The position numbers and the translations under genes are program-made. From positions 17,412,752 through 17,476,751 of the forward strand of contig OZ316898.1 of assembly GCA_973895155.1 (NCBI GenBank): 64,000 nucleotides of DNA, given 5' to 3'. This DNA is from Marsupella aquatica (lineage: Eukaryota; Plantae; Marchantiophyta). Positions 51,597 through 64,000 of this stretch are shown here, one piece after another; position 1 is the first letter of the stretch, and each line of letters begins with the position of its first letter. The notes beneath the pieces were generated by a model, which did not search any database, was not told the origin of the DNA, and saw only the letters and a list, made by a program, of their open reading frames with translations.

Positions 51597-51779
51597 TAAA
51601 GTTGGGAGTGCAAGTGAAAAATGAGGATGGGGATGTCTTTGAAAAGGGTGCAGCTCACTTCATGTACTAACCTCTATTTATGTTCAAAAATGGAACACTC
51701 AGACTACTCCTATACAAAAATCAGCTCTCTCTACAATCAATCAAGAGGAAAGAATACACAACAATTAGATATTTCACTC

Positions 51780-51782
<3 letters not shown>

Positions 51783-51828
<46 letters not shown>
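51783..51828. repeat. (GA)n microsatellite
   Basis: Uninterrupted GA dinucleotide run. Confidence 0.95.
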
Positions 51829-51830
<2 letters not shown>

Positions 51831-53199
51831 CCATTTGCACTTTGGCAAAACTGACATTGAATTTTGGCGATTAGATTTTTGGCCATTTTGTTTGATTTTG
51901 TCATAAATGTGAAGGGGTCAATTTCAGCAAATAGTTTTTCATTGTAATTAACATGAAATATTTAAGCTTGTGTTTTTTCATGTCTCCTTCTTCTCTAGTT
52001 TCCATGCAGCCCAATACAAAACTACAACTCAATTAGGATTTCATAATTATCAATTTATTAGCTGCCCTTAAATTCCCATGAACTAGCAAAATGTGATCCA
52101 TGGGAGCACAACACTATGGTCCATCCTGGCTTCAATTTACTCGACAGTAGAGGCTAGTGATTTTTTTATTCACTATAATGATTCAGTCACCATTAGTCAA
52201 TACCTATGTTCCTCAACGGCAGAGGCTAGTGAATTTTGTTTCTTTGTACATAAACCTTGTGAAGTGGCAATGACCATTTTTTACAGACCCACTAGAGGTC
52301 CCTTCCAAAATTCCTGGCACCACAGCGTGCCACGTCAACAACAACCGCAACAAACAAGACTCGTCGGTTTTGTGAATCAAACTTATAGTTTTCATTCATG
52401 TTTGTGTCAATTTGGGTGTAAATTTTGGGACGCCGTGCCGTAAAAAGAAAAGTAAAAACATGGGAAATACAAAGAGCAAGACGGTTAAAACTGTCACTAT
52501 GTAACCGTTTTAGTTACATTTCCAATTTTAAAACTTAAATTCAAAGATTTATAGAAAGTATTTTTCATATAATAAATAATGACTAATAACTAACTTGATA
52601 ACTTCCTTGTTAAACCGCAACTCCCGGTATGTAAGGACCTCTCGTATTGTACGGCCATTAATGCTGGGAAGAGCACATAGAATCTCAGGATCGGGGAGGA
52701 GGAATGGCTGGAATCTTGAAAGTTCATCGAATTTTATACTCAAAACTATTTACTCATTCTCAAAAAAAAAATATACCCGGTCGTAGATCTCATTGAGATC
52801 TTTCTTTTGCACCCTAGATCGTCTTCTAACATGGATGAATAAGATTTCTAGAGGCATTACAAAATGGACGGCAAAGATCGTAAAATTAACAAAATCGACA
52901 GCTAGGAAAGCTTGGATTTGTTTAATTTTTCATTTAAAAAATATTAACCCATTTGCAAAATGGACAGAACACATCCATAGATCTATTTGAGATCTTTCTT
53001 TTGAGTCATAGATTGGCCATTATGATGGACGAACAAGATTTCCGGAGATAAGAAATGTTGACGGCTCAGATCGACTCTTCCCCCTGATTTTATTAGTCAA
53101 GGGGTCCACTAACTAATTGATGGTCATATGGCATCATCCTTAATTTGAAGCTTTGAGGTGCCCTAATATAAAGAAAATGATGCGCGCTTGTGCGCCATA

Positions 53200-53985
53200 A
53201 GGTCCACAACTGTGCATCATACAATACCGAGTAGAAGACTACAGTAGCAGAGGAGGAGAGAAGTCAGTCCGTTTGTCCCTCAGCGATCAATAGTGGAGCT
53301 CGGGACGTAAACACCAAAGTATTATAGAAAAGGAAAAGAAAAACAGTTCCACCAAAGTTTATACACTTTATACAAAAAAAATGATAGAAAAATTTGATTC
53401 ATTTACAACTTTGAAGTTTTGAAACGTCCTAAAGGAAAAGAAAATGATGAAAAGCAATGATGAAAAACAGTGATTAACTGTTTCCCTTTTTTTCCTTGGT
53501 CCCATTGGATGTGTCTGGTCTTGGGGTGGTTGGTGGCCCTAGCCCTTGTTTCAGGCTGGCCTGGTTCGTCCCTGATTTAATGGATTTTGCTTTTTGGATT
53601 TCACCTTTCAGAAGAGTAAAGTGCTCCTTTCATTTTATTTTATTTTTAAAATGATTAGTTTTTCGCAGTGCGCGATACGGTCCAAGACTGTGCAGCGTAG
53701 AATGCCGAAGAGAAGACTACAGTAGCAGAGGAGAGAAGTCCGTCCGTCCGTTTCTTTCCGTCAGTCAGTGTTGGATTTCACCTTTCAGATGAGTAAAGTG
53801 CTCCTTTCATTTTTATATTTGTAAAACAATGATTAATTTTTCGCGGTGCTCGATACGGTCCAGAACTGTGCAGCGTACAATACCGAGGAGAAGACTACAG
53901 TCGCAGAGGAGAGAAGTCCGTCCGTCCGTCCGTTTCTTTCCGTCAGTCAGTGATCAATCGTGGAGCTCGACTGCGGTCGGGACGC
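53200..53985. repeat. Triplicated segment upstream of eIF2B alpha (2 x ~178 bp tandem plus a diverged partial copy)
   Basis: ttggatttcacctttcaga.gagtaaagtgctcc...agaagactacagt.gcagaggagagaagtccgtccgtccgtttctttccgtcagtcagtg at ~53594 and ~53771; partial copy at ~53200-53310. Confidence 0.85.
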
Positions 53986-55878
53986 AAACAACAACACCCA
54001 ATATAATCGACTCCACTCGACTCGACTAGACTAGACTAGACGAGTCGATTCGATTTGCATCGGATTGCGAATTCGCAGGACGACGGCGGCCCGGCAGTTT
54101 CGCTCCCTCGAGCGAGACTGCAAGACGGAAGAAACGGATGACCTGCTGCAGAGGACGAGCGCGGAGGAACTGATGATGAAGCTTTCGGCGATGGAGGATG
54201 ATTGATGCTGACAGAAGAGAGAAGAAAGAGGACGAGGACGAGAATGAACTGGAGCATGAGGTTCGTAATGGTGGGAGTGATGACTGTGGTGAGCCGAGGT
54301 CCCGCGTACCAGACCGGATTGACGGAGATGGTTTGCAGTGGAAAATTCACGAGACGAATGAGGGAGGTGGAACTAGCGCTCAAAGCAGAAATATGTGGAA
54401 AGGGAAGTGGAGGGCCCGACGCGAGGGATGGAGGGAGCCAGGCATGGCGTCGCATTGGACGTAGTTGGAACGTAGCAGAAGCGTCGACTACTGTACCGTG
54501 ATTGGAGAAAGGGGCCGTGGTACATGATTGTCGTCGTCACTGATTATCAGTAGTTGCAATGCAAGCGGCTAGACTGATGTGGGCCTTTTGTTCTATTCGA
54601 TACGCTCCATGCTCTGCTCTCTGTCCTGTCTTGGCGTCTGGCACTACTAGTGGTGTCACCCCGGGACCCACTGTGCTCCCGCCTCATCCTCTGCTGCTCT
54701 CAACACCATCCTCCGCCTCATCCGCCTCCATCGACTCACTGAAAGTATTCCTTCTTCTTCAATCATCAGCTTTCCCGCACGCCTAGGGTGGTGAACTGGT
54801 AATCTATGTTTCGGACCGCGGGCCTCTGATGCAGGTAATGCTGCAACTAGGGCGTGCAGTGCAGAGCGACGACGGTTCATGAGAGAGAGAGGGAGAATAG
54901 CTTGTATCACTTCCTGGACGATACCTGCGGCCAGGATTGCGGAGATTTGTGTCGATGTGAGTAAAGTAGAGGTGTTAGTGGCATCGGAATTCGACTTAGC
55001 ATCCTAAATTTTTCGATGAAAGAGGGATCGATGGTGCCGGAGGACTACGATAACGCGAACTGGTATGCTTTCAATGGCGCATATTCGAGTCATTTTTTCC
55101 TTCTCTTCGACTTTTTTAAATGTTCAATGATAATGATTAGGTACCTACTAAAGGGACGGACTGAGAGCGGAAAAAGGTATTCGCAGTGAGGGTACAGAAA
55201 TCGTCCGAGTCTGCGCTGAAGATTCTCGCGAGAATCTCTGACATAATCAACTGCGATCAGCTCTGCAGTGGCAGGTTACTAGAGATCTTCACAGGAAGCG
55301 AGAAGACTCGGAAAGAAATATTGTGATGTACTCAATTGCGTTGTAGCCAGAAGGGTGACGAGCGTGACCTCATGCACATGTAAGCGTCGTTCCCTTCGAT
55401 TCCCAGGAAATTATCATCGTTGCGCGTCAAACGCTTGTTCGCTTGAGATTGTTGTTTTTGCCGTGTACTTCACCGCCATTCACAACATGAAGTCTACCTG
55501 TCATGAGGTTAAGTCCTTATCTGGCATTGCCGTTTGTCTGCTTTTAGCTTGTAGCGCACGTATCCATATTCATTTCTAGGAATGCAGCAGGGCGAGGGCA
55601 GGCGCTTAGGATGACCATCGGTATCATATGATCATGACGATGGATTACGGTTCGGGAACTGATTGGAGAGAACTGTAATAAGATCGTTATTCAGGTCGGA
55701 AGGCGAAACTCGAAGGAACGAAACGACGAGGTGCCGCATTGCGATTGAGTGCCTAGTGTGACGTATAGAGAGAGAAGATTTAGTGCCGTGGCACGGATGG
55801 CGCATTATTATCATCACAGGACGTAGCACAAAAGGAGAAAAAACGCAGGAGAAAAAAGGCAGGCACCGCGCAGCAACA

Positions 55879-58707
55879 ATGAATGCTCGCAGGTCTCCGT
55901 TTCTTCTGTTTGAACCGTCCGTCGATCTCGATAACTCCAGCTCGAAGGAAGACAGTGAGGAAGGGCTGGTGGGAGGGGTTGATAGTAGTAACAATATGAG
56001 TAGTAGTGATCCGCGCCAGCGAGGAGAGCCTTATCCCGTCCCGAACCGAGGAGGGGGTAACAGATTCAAGCTGCTGAGCAAACGTGGGGGCTTCGACGGT
56101 GACTCGTTGCACAACACTGGCCCCGTGACTTACGAGTGGCTGACGCAAGCGGAAGACGCTCGCATCCATGGGGGCTCGTCCGACGCTGGTCAGCCAATTG
56201 GAGGAAATCCTGCTAGGAGGATGAGCAGGGAGGACAGCGGCGGTCGGAATGCCGGAGGCTTATCGTCTTCCGTCATCGACGAATTTTACTTCTGGCGCGG
56301 AAAGCCGGAGCTTGCTGAAGCTGTAGCTGCCATAAAGGCGCTGACGGCTGTGATAAAGCGCAGCGAGGCTACGACCATGATGGGGCTGGAAATTGAGCTG
56401 AAGGAAGCTTCCGAAGCTTTGAAGGTCGACTAATACTCCCTCTGCTTCTTGTATCTGTCCCTCCCTCCCAATCACTATTTTTCCTGTCTATCAAATTTGC
56501 ATCGATCGGCAGCTCCATGCGAAATGTGTTCGGCTTGGACATCCATTTCTTACCCTCTCTGCTTTCCGATTGTGAAATGGACAGCCAAGTGGATATCCTT
56601 GGCTTTCGGAATCGTTTTAGCAGCTTCTGTCGAGAAGCTTGTGGCCTGGGCATTACTTTTGAATTTTATGTACATTCTCTTCGTTAAGGAAATGGCTGAA
56701 TAGTAATAGCTACATCGATTCCTCGGTTATACTCAGAAGAGATAATTGCATGAGAGCTATGAATCTTGGCCTCCCTACGAGGATGTGAACGAAGAACGGA
56801 CCATCGAATGCCGGAGACTCGGACCTTTCTTGAATCTCTGTGGTGGCTTCCCGGCAAATTCCGCCTAGTTATATCAGAATTTGGAAACAGAACCAAAAAC
56901 AGTAGAAGTGTGAAGCAGTGGCAATATCGTTGCCTTGCCTACCGGCGACTCGCAGTAGTCGAAGCTCTTCTAGTAAACCGAAACTTCCCCGTCGTTGGCT
57001 CCAACAATCAATCAACCACGGTTAAGTCGTAGAGCTTGGATCTGCAATAACGAAACCTCGGTTAAGTCGTAGAGCTTGCATCAGGAGGCGTTGTCACTCG
57101 AAGCGTGGATGGCAGATGCGCGGAGCAAAAATATTCTTTACCTCCACGAAGATACTGCTGGACTTAGCAATATTGTGCAGTATGTGCATGTAATTAGCTT
57201 TAGCAATGATGTGGGGTTCTCATTTGTGGATTCGGCCATGACCAGGCATCGGATGCGACGTCCATATCACTGTCTGCTGGCTGCGATCTTTTCATGCGCT
57301 ATGTCACTCGTACGTCTGCCCTAGAGTACGAGGACATTGGTGCTGGGAAGGCTAGACTCATTGAGCGAGGAGAGAGGTTTGGTGAGATTTCGTTGAAGGT
57401 AAGCTGTCTATCTCCTGTTTGTTGGAAATTAACTGTAATGCAATTCAGGATCCAGTGCTTCTGTCGCTGTGACTTCAAAATGTTTAAATGTTTGTTTCCA
57501 ATGTTAAAACGGTCACGAGATGTGACAGTCTTTGAGGCTGGGATATGGATAGACTGTTTGTAGGAACAATTGCATGCTATCTGGTCTCGCAGTAAAGTTG
57601 CGGGTAAGGCGACAGGGCAGTATTCCCTTTATTGATTCATGTTCTACATGGTGGATCAAAAGGACTGCCGTTTTAATGTTTTTCAGGGGCGTTTTGATGG
57701 TTATGCCTTTTCTCTGATGGTTTTTCCTTCTCTTGAAATTGCAGTCGAGACAGACTATTGCCAACTTGGGCCAGGAATTCGTCTACGACAATAGTACAAT
57801 TTTGACACATGGTTTTTCAAGAGTAGTCCTGGCTCTGCTGAAATTAGCTGCTCGAAATGGAAAGCATTTCAGTGTTGTTTGTACAGGTAATACATTGTTC
57901 AAGGGGATCTCTTATTCTTTTATTTGATCTTTCTCAGTTTCAATCTGGTCTCAGAACGGGATCCTTTTTGTTGTTTGTCCTTACTAGTTCCTGTAGCCTG
58001 TATGGATGTCCACTATACTTTATTTGCATGAGCAGGTGTATTTGGGCTGTTTTTTTGTCGATTATATTCTTAAGCTGACTCAGCTAATTTATGACTTTCA
58101 TGTGGTCATACTTGGACTGTAGAGGGCAGGCCGGATAACACGGGTGTGGAGATGGCCAGAGAGCTTTCTGCTGCCAAGATCCCTGTTAAATTGATTTTGG
58201 ATGCTGGGGTGGCATTTATTATCGAGAAAGTGGATATAGTACTGGTGGGAGCTGAAGGGGTTGTAGAAAGTGGAGGTATCATTAACTATCTCGGGACTTT
58301 TCAAACTGCATTGGTCGCAAGGAGTATGAACAAACCTGTATATGTGGCAGCTGAGAGCTACAAGGTACTTTGTGGATTCTTTGCTGACTCCTGCCAGCTC
58401 GTATAGTTGTTTTGAGTCCATTTATTGAATGTGCGACGATGCTCTTCAACTGTGATGGCTGACATGTGGACTAAGCTTTGTGGTCTTGGGGGCCTTGCAG
58501 TTTGCCCGATTATATCCATTGGATCAGGATGATATGATACCTGCTCCGCGCCTTGTTGATTTGGCAATCCGAGTGCCGGAACGGATAAAACTGGAAACTT
58601 CTGCAAGGGACTATACTCCACCCCAGTATCTGACTCTATTGATCACGGATTTGGGAATTTTGACTCCATCTGCTGTTAGTGATGAGTTGATTCAACTCTA
58701 TCTTTGA
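55879..58707 (+). CDS. EIF2B1: Translation initiation factor eIF2B subunit alpha
   Basis: Exons 55879-56424, 57246-57398, 57745-57886, 58123-58364 and 58501-58707 give SVIDEF..W..KPELAEAVAAIKAL...SISLSAGCDLFMRYVTRTSALE...ILTHGFSRVV...TEGRPD...VGAEGVVESGGIIN...AAESYKFARLYPLDQ...RDYTPPQYLTLLITDLGILTPSAVSDELIQLYL. Confidence 0.96.
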
Positions 58708-60821
58708 GGATGAACAGGATGTTGGTCGTCAATCGAAAAGGCTTCTGCAGTCTACTGTATGGTCCTATCATGTGTTCGGCCATGGCAGCTGCGCTGGGTT
58801 CAGTTTCCACAGGTGCTTACTCCTCTGTGAGACCGCCCAGACATTTTTTAGAATACTGCAGATTTCTGTTTTCTCGAGGTGAGCTAACGCATTCTAATCG
58901 GAAAGTAGTCTAAGCAGACATTTTTCAAATAAAACAGTCTGGGGCTTTGTCATTTCTGGGCTGCAATTCAGCCCCAAGGCTCCTCCTGATACGTAGTCCG
59001 CTGGTGGTGGAGGGTTTGTCACGGATGTAGTCATTTGGTGGTCAAGAGTTGGTCACGGATTAGGGTCGAAATGAGAGGATATCTTCAACACCATCCAAAC
59101 ACCTGTCAGATATATTTGTGAATAGTCTAGATTGAATCACTATGGAGGACTAAAATTGAGCGGAAGCCATTGATTGTAAGTGACCAGTGCGATTGAGAGT
59201 GCACATATTTTTGTTGGCCTTTTGCTTCGTTGAAAAGGCAGTTTTGGCTCGTGATTGTGGGGCAGCAACTTGATCAGCCCTTGAAAAAACTATATGTAGC
59301 AACCCATTCAGACTCTGGCCAAATCTCTGTTTCACAAAAATGTCTGGGTGTAGGCCAGATCGTGTCTTATGCATTTGCGTAGATCAATCGCAGGTTTGGG
59401 AGACGGTTTCTCTCAGCAAGTGTCAGATAACTGTTCCTCCCCCTAATTCCCTAATTAGGTCTCAGTGAGTTTCTATTCTTTCTGTAAGTCCTTCACATGG
59501 AGTCTATGACGAAGAGGCCATGGCAGACACCAGACATCTGTGACCTACGTCCTCCATAATAGCTTTGGTGATGGATATCGGTTTCTCGTCTGCTTGTTGG
59601 GTGAGTACTGGCCCCACTGACATTGATAGGCTGCAGAGTCATGACCTCTTTGCTGGGCATGACTCTTCCCCGGTTAAGAGTGTGGCTACCCCTCCCTCAA
59701 AGGCTGGCCAACAAAGGATCCGCCATGATGATGAGCTGGATAAGATTTACATCAAGGCTTACTAATTGACGTCTTACAGTGCGGCGTTTGGTCTCTGAGC
59801 AGCAAAATGGCTTTCTTCTAAAGGCGATTCATTGGAGCAGAACTAGGGGCTTCAACGCGTAACCCCACGAGGCCTTGGATAAGGTTCAGTGACATGAAGA
59901 GTCCCTTTGGGGACCAGGGATGACAATGATTATTCATACTTTACTTTATCTTATCTAGAGACAGTCTTACATAACCATGTCCCAGTGGCAAGTTGCTGTT
60001 AATTTGTTTCAGGAAATTTCCGATCTCAATTATCCCTGAGCGGAAGCCTTTTGAGTGAGAGTTAGATAGGTCCAAATCTTTCCAAAAAGAGCAAGTGAAT
60101 TGTTCATTGTTCAGCCTAGAGGGCTCTGGCTCTTGTAGAATTGAAATCAAAATCTGTCTTGAAGCACGAAGCTACATTTGAAGCACAACTATATGTGAGA
60201 AACAAGTTTTCCGTTCTAATAGTTCCTCGTGAGAAAATTCGAAGTATTGCGAGATGGCTCGACATACGAAGATGCAGGCGAGCATTTCCCATGCAAACGG
60301 GAATAACAAATCATCACATTATTTCTCTTCAGTTGAGTAGCAAACCGGCGACTGCCATACTCAACACCTAGTGAATGCACAGCCAAAGTCGATTTGACAT
60401 TGTGTAGCAACAAACTGCGCGCTACCTCACACAAATATCAAAGCTACCATTAGTGTTCAGAAAAGGCACGTACACTGGACAGAAATGTCCCCTACTCCAA
60501 ATTCTTAGCTTGATGACAAACGTGACAACAAAAGCTGAGGGTGATTGGTACAAATGAAATTCATACGCATAGGACTACAATTACAATGGACGACAGGGGC
60601 CTTGCTCGTCCTAGAGGATTTGTGGCTACCTCATCCAACTCTTCGTTGCCAAAGTTCTAAGATACAGACAAAAATTGTACATACAGCTCGGGCTGAAAGA
60701 TTTTTGAAACCATTCACAACTCCTCTAAATCTCGTGTCGACTTTGGAGATAATTGTAACGTAACTGTAATTTCTGAGCGAGCATTCTTCTGAGGGCAAAT
60801 TCTCGTTCTACATCGATGAGT

Positions 60822-62147
60822 TTAATCCAAGTCCAAAATGCCCAAGTTGGATACGATAATCTTCAGTTGTTCCACGAAGTCTGACCCTGTGGCGAACTCA
60901 GTGAGTAAGCCAACTGCAAGCCCGAACATAACCCACCTGCAACAGGGACAAATTCGCATAACTTCAGCACATCCCATCGACAACGGTAACAATTACGTGC
61001 TGTTATCATGCTTTGAATCTACAGCAAGTTACTACCTACAGTAGATAGCCCACGAAGATCTTCTTCGGGAGTACAGCAGAGCTAAAATGCAAGACTTCGG
61101 TACTAAATTACGTGCTGTAATCATGCTCTGAACCTACAGCACGACAGTACTACAGGACCTAGCCCTCGAAATTCTTCAGTAGTAGAGCAGAAGTGAAATG
61201 CAAGACTTCGTGAGGGATGGGTTGCACAAACAGTTTTTCTACCCTTCATTGAGCTACGATGAAGAGGGTCCTCGAGAACCAATAATTGATAGAAGCCGGG
61301 AAGTACTGTAAATTTGAGATAAAGAAATCATTCCGTGGTGAGCTGCAACTTTGAGGTCCGAATTAGCTGCCCCCGTTATTAGTGAGCAATGTGAATGGCA
61401 GATGCTTGATCACCAATTTCAAACTTCTACAGATAGGGTGGAAAGGAACCAAGGAAAACATTGACCCCGCATTTCCGTCTACACAGGGAATCTGTTGGGA
61501 GCGATTATGGTGGAGCAGGAATTTGGTCATGGGAGTCGCATTGTGCTCAACGTGGAGCTAGCAGGACAACAATTCGCTCTGAAAGGGCTATCCAGGAAGG
61601 ATATGGAATGAGCTCGGACAGGTGAGACTTGATGCCAGAAACCAATGCCAGAAACCAATGCCAGTTGAAGAAAGCTGCCTGCATACAATCCCATTAAATT
61701 GTTTCATTGAATAAGCGAAAATCGTTCTCACCTCCCATTGGCGATCTCGTTCTTCTTTGTCCAGCCAAAAATGCGTTGTTGGGAAGTTTGGTCTTCGTAT
61801 TTCTTATCTAGAAAGTAATCTTGCATCTCCTTGGCTCTTTGCCTCTGGAATTCGATGGTGACCCCCGAGGCCTTGCTGCTGCTGCTGGACGGCATTGCTG
61901 GCGGAGCAGCAGGAGCAGCGGCAGAGAGATCCACCGCTGGTGGCGTCGACGGTGTGGGTGGTGAAGGCGGCGGAAGAGTAGAAGGAGACGCTGGTGGCGC
62001 ATTCAGAGAAGGCCTTCTCAACGGTCCTTCGGATTTGGAACACCTGATGACGACCCTGTGATTATTAGTGTGACATTTGGAGGTGGCCGAAGAGATGGAG
62101 AATGCTGCTGCCCCCAAAGCGGGGTGCAGAAGGAGCGAGGATGTCAT
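60822..62147 (-). CDS. OHP2: One-helix protein 2 (LHC-like, chloroplast)
   Basis: Exons 62147-61732 and 60936-60822: transit peptide, EGPLRRP, Pro-rich linker, GVTIEFQRQRAKEMQDYF, FGWTKKNEIANGR|WVMFGLAVGLLTEFATGSDFVEQLKIIVSNLGILDLD* (LHC ExxNGRxxM motif). Confidence 0.95.
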
Positions 62148-63337
62148 CTTGCACGAACCAGAGCTATCCTTGCACGCGTGATCCCTCCCTCCGTTCCCTG
62201 CAAATAAAAACAGTCCACAAATATCATTCACGGTGACAAAATCGGACTGGCGCATATCGAGACAATTCCTACCTTCTGCTATGGATAACACCAACTTGCC
62301 ACTCAATTGCCCTCAAAACCCATCATCAATTGCTCTTCCATTACGATGATTGATACACACCACCACCACCGAAACCGCTCCTCTCGTCTGATTGGATCGA
62401 CCTTTCGATCGACCCGCGACGCAACCACGCTGCACGCACCCAGAGAGGAGAGAGAGAGATGTCTCGAAAGGAGACTTACTGCAAGCTACACGGCCACCGG
62501 ATGGCTGTCGTCCATAGCACCAACCGACCCACCCACCCAGCAAGCAAGCAAAGCACGCACGCACGCAAAACAAAGGCAGAGGAAGAAAGAGAAGACAAGA
62601 GGGGAGGAGAGAAGAGACGACAGAGAGCAGAGGGCGACAGAAATCAGAGTGAAGCACACCACCGCTCAGTCGAGCAAATCAGCACCAGTCTCTCGGATGA
62701 AAGTCGATGAAATCAGTCCGAGACGGAATTCGAGGCGATGGTGTGGCTCTGTTTGCTGGTTGCTGTGCGGGCCCCTCTCTGTGGATGAGGGCCTTGCTCT
62801 GCGGTCTTGGCCACGTGTACTTTCTCTGACTGCTAATACAGCTTCTTCAGTCGTTTGGAAAGGTTAGACCAGGAAAAGTCGACGCGATGGAGTTGGGAGG
62901 TCGACGCCATGGATGCTGAGTCGCTGAGAGGCACAGAGAGCGGAAGGGAGGACAGAAAGCTTGGCCGGTGGCGATGGCGATGGTGGAGGAGGAGGAGGAG
63001 GAGCATCCACGAACGGGAGCGATGGTCACACACGGCAAACAACAATGGATGGCGTCGCGGAGGATGATGACGGTGCTTTTTTTTCTCCCAAACAACCCTG
63101 CCTAAGTGCACAGCCGATAAGTACAATCTACCTATTATTGGTATCTTTCTATCTATTACTGGACTATCTCTGGTGATGGACATTTTTTAGACTACTGTAG
63201 GGACGATCAGATATGCGTGTGCGCTGTGATATAAGTTAATTATTGTTCTTTCCAAATTGTAGCGCAATGTTATGTTATGTTATGAGCAATTACTCTAGAT
63301 TCTTTGTTTCCTTTAAAAACAATCTGAATACTGAAAA

Positions 63338-63490
63338 TGTTGAGGAATGATGTGGGAAATGATAATGAGATTCCTCTCTATAGAATGAATGGGTGCATCT
63401 CTTTATATAGTCTTCGTCCGAGTTATCCTATACGGTAACTATGGTTAAGGTAACCATGGAGTCTAGTTAGGGTATAACATTCCCCCTTGG
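63338..63490 (-). mobile_element. Possible short 3' LTR with upstream polypurine tract (Copia-like remnant)
   Basis: Minus strand: ccaagggggaa (PPT-like) directly followed by TGTTATACCC at 63479, a TATATAAAGAG box, and TCAACA ending at 63338. Confidence 0.5.
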
Positions 63491-64000
63491 CTATATAATG
63501 ATAACTATGTAGACAAAAAGTCTTCTAACTAGATTATCATGCTTATAAACATGGCATGATTTGAGTACAAATGAGGAAGGTACTGCCTCGTTAAAACCTT
63601 TAACAGCTTTAAAAAACTCTATCAGGGTAACAGAGAAAAAAAATATCTCAGCTCTAAAGGAAAAAGAGTACAGCCCTGTCGGTCCTCAAGTGAATCCGGT
63701 GGTATGTGGAGTTAACAGCAACAACTCCACTCCGTCAAAATGAACAAGTTGTCGTATGCTCAACGGCTCAACAACAACTCGACATGTCTCCAAATCGCTC
63801 ACCATCACGCATACATCCGCACATACATCCTCGCATCGAATACAATTTAAAACACATATGAAAAATGGTTAGTAATTAAGTTATTATCATAAAATCACTT
63901 GTTCGTGGCTCATCTGTGCAAAGTGTAAAGTATAATAATAAATAATGTCATCTCGTGCAACTGAGTGCGTAAAGTATGGGATGTAAAAAGTCCAAAAAAT

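Noticed and set aside
62148-63183. N-terminal extension of OHP2 from 62306 and nearby ORFs
   Set aside because: The extension crosses a likely 5'-UTR intron acceptor (~62200), and ATG 62147 already gives a normal transit peptide; the other ORFs are low-complexity leader sequence.

Overview
Eukaryotic, intron-rich land-plant DNA; gene content and long GA/CT-rich leaders suggest a bryophyte, probably a liverwort (inference). Five host genes are supported: the 5' part of a sideroflexin (- strand, runs off the left edge, missing from the ORF track), HUB1/BRE1-type RING E3 ligase (+, about 19 exons), a TLDc/OXR-family gene (+), eIF2B alpha (+) and OHP2 (-). There is also a frameshifted RNI-like LRR pseudogene. 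The most unusual locus is a nearly intact, intron-less rolling-circle transposon RepHel (24916-29042, -) with Helentron/Helitron2-type rather than canonical plant-Helitron motifs. It overlaps a hidden 3-exon ORF (24121-24998, -) encoding three tandem 'P.T..Q...l(T/S)K..a..lId' repeats that resemble bacterial DUF3072 and the Irc3-helicase C-terminal motif. Intergenic DNA holds a promoter-linked tandem array upstream of HUB1, a TTAA-TSD MITE beside its own empty site, two related solo LTRs with 5-bp TSDs (one nested in a long-TIR element), inverted repeats and many short tandem duplications. All calls come from manual reading; no database searches were run.
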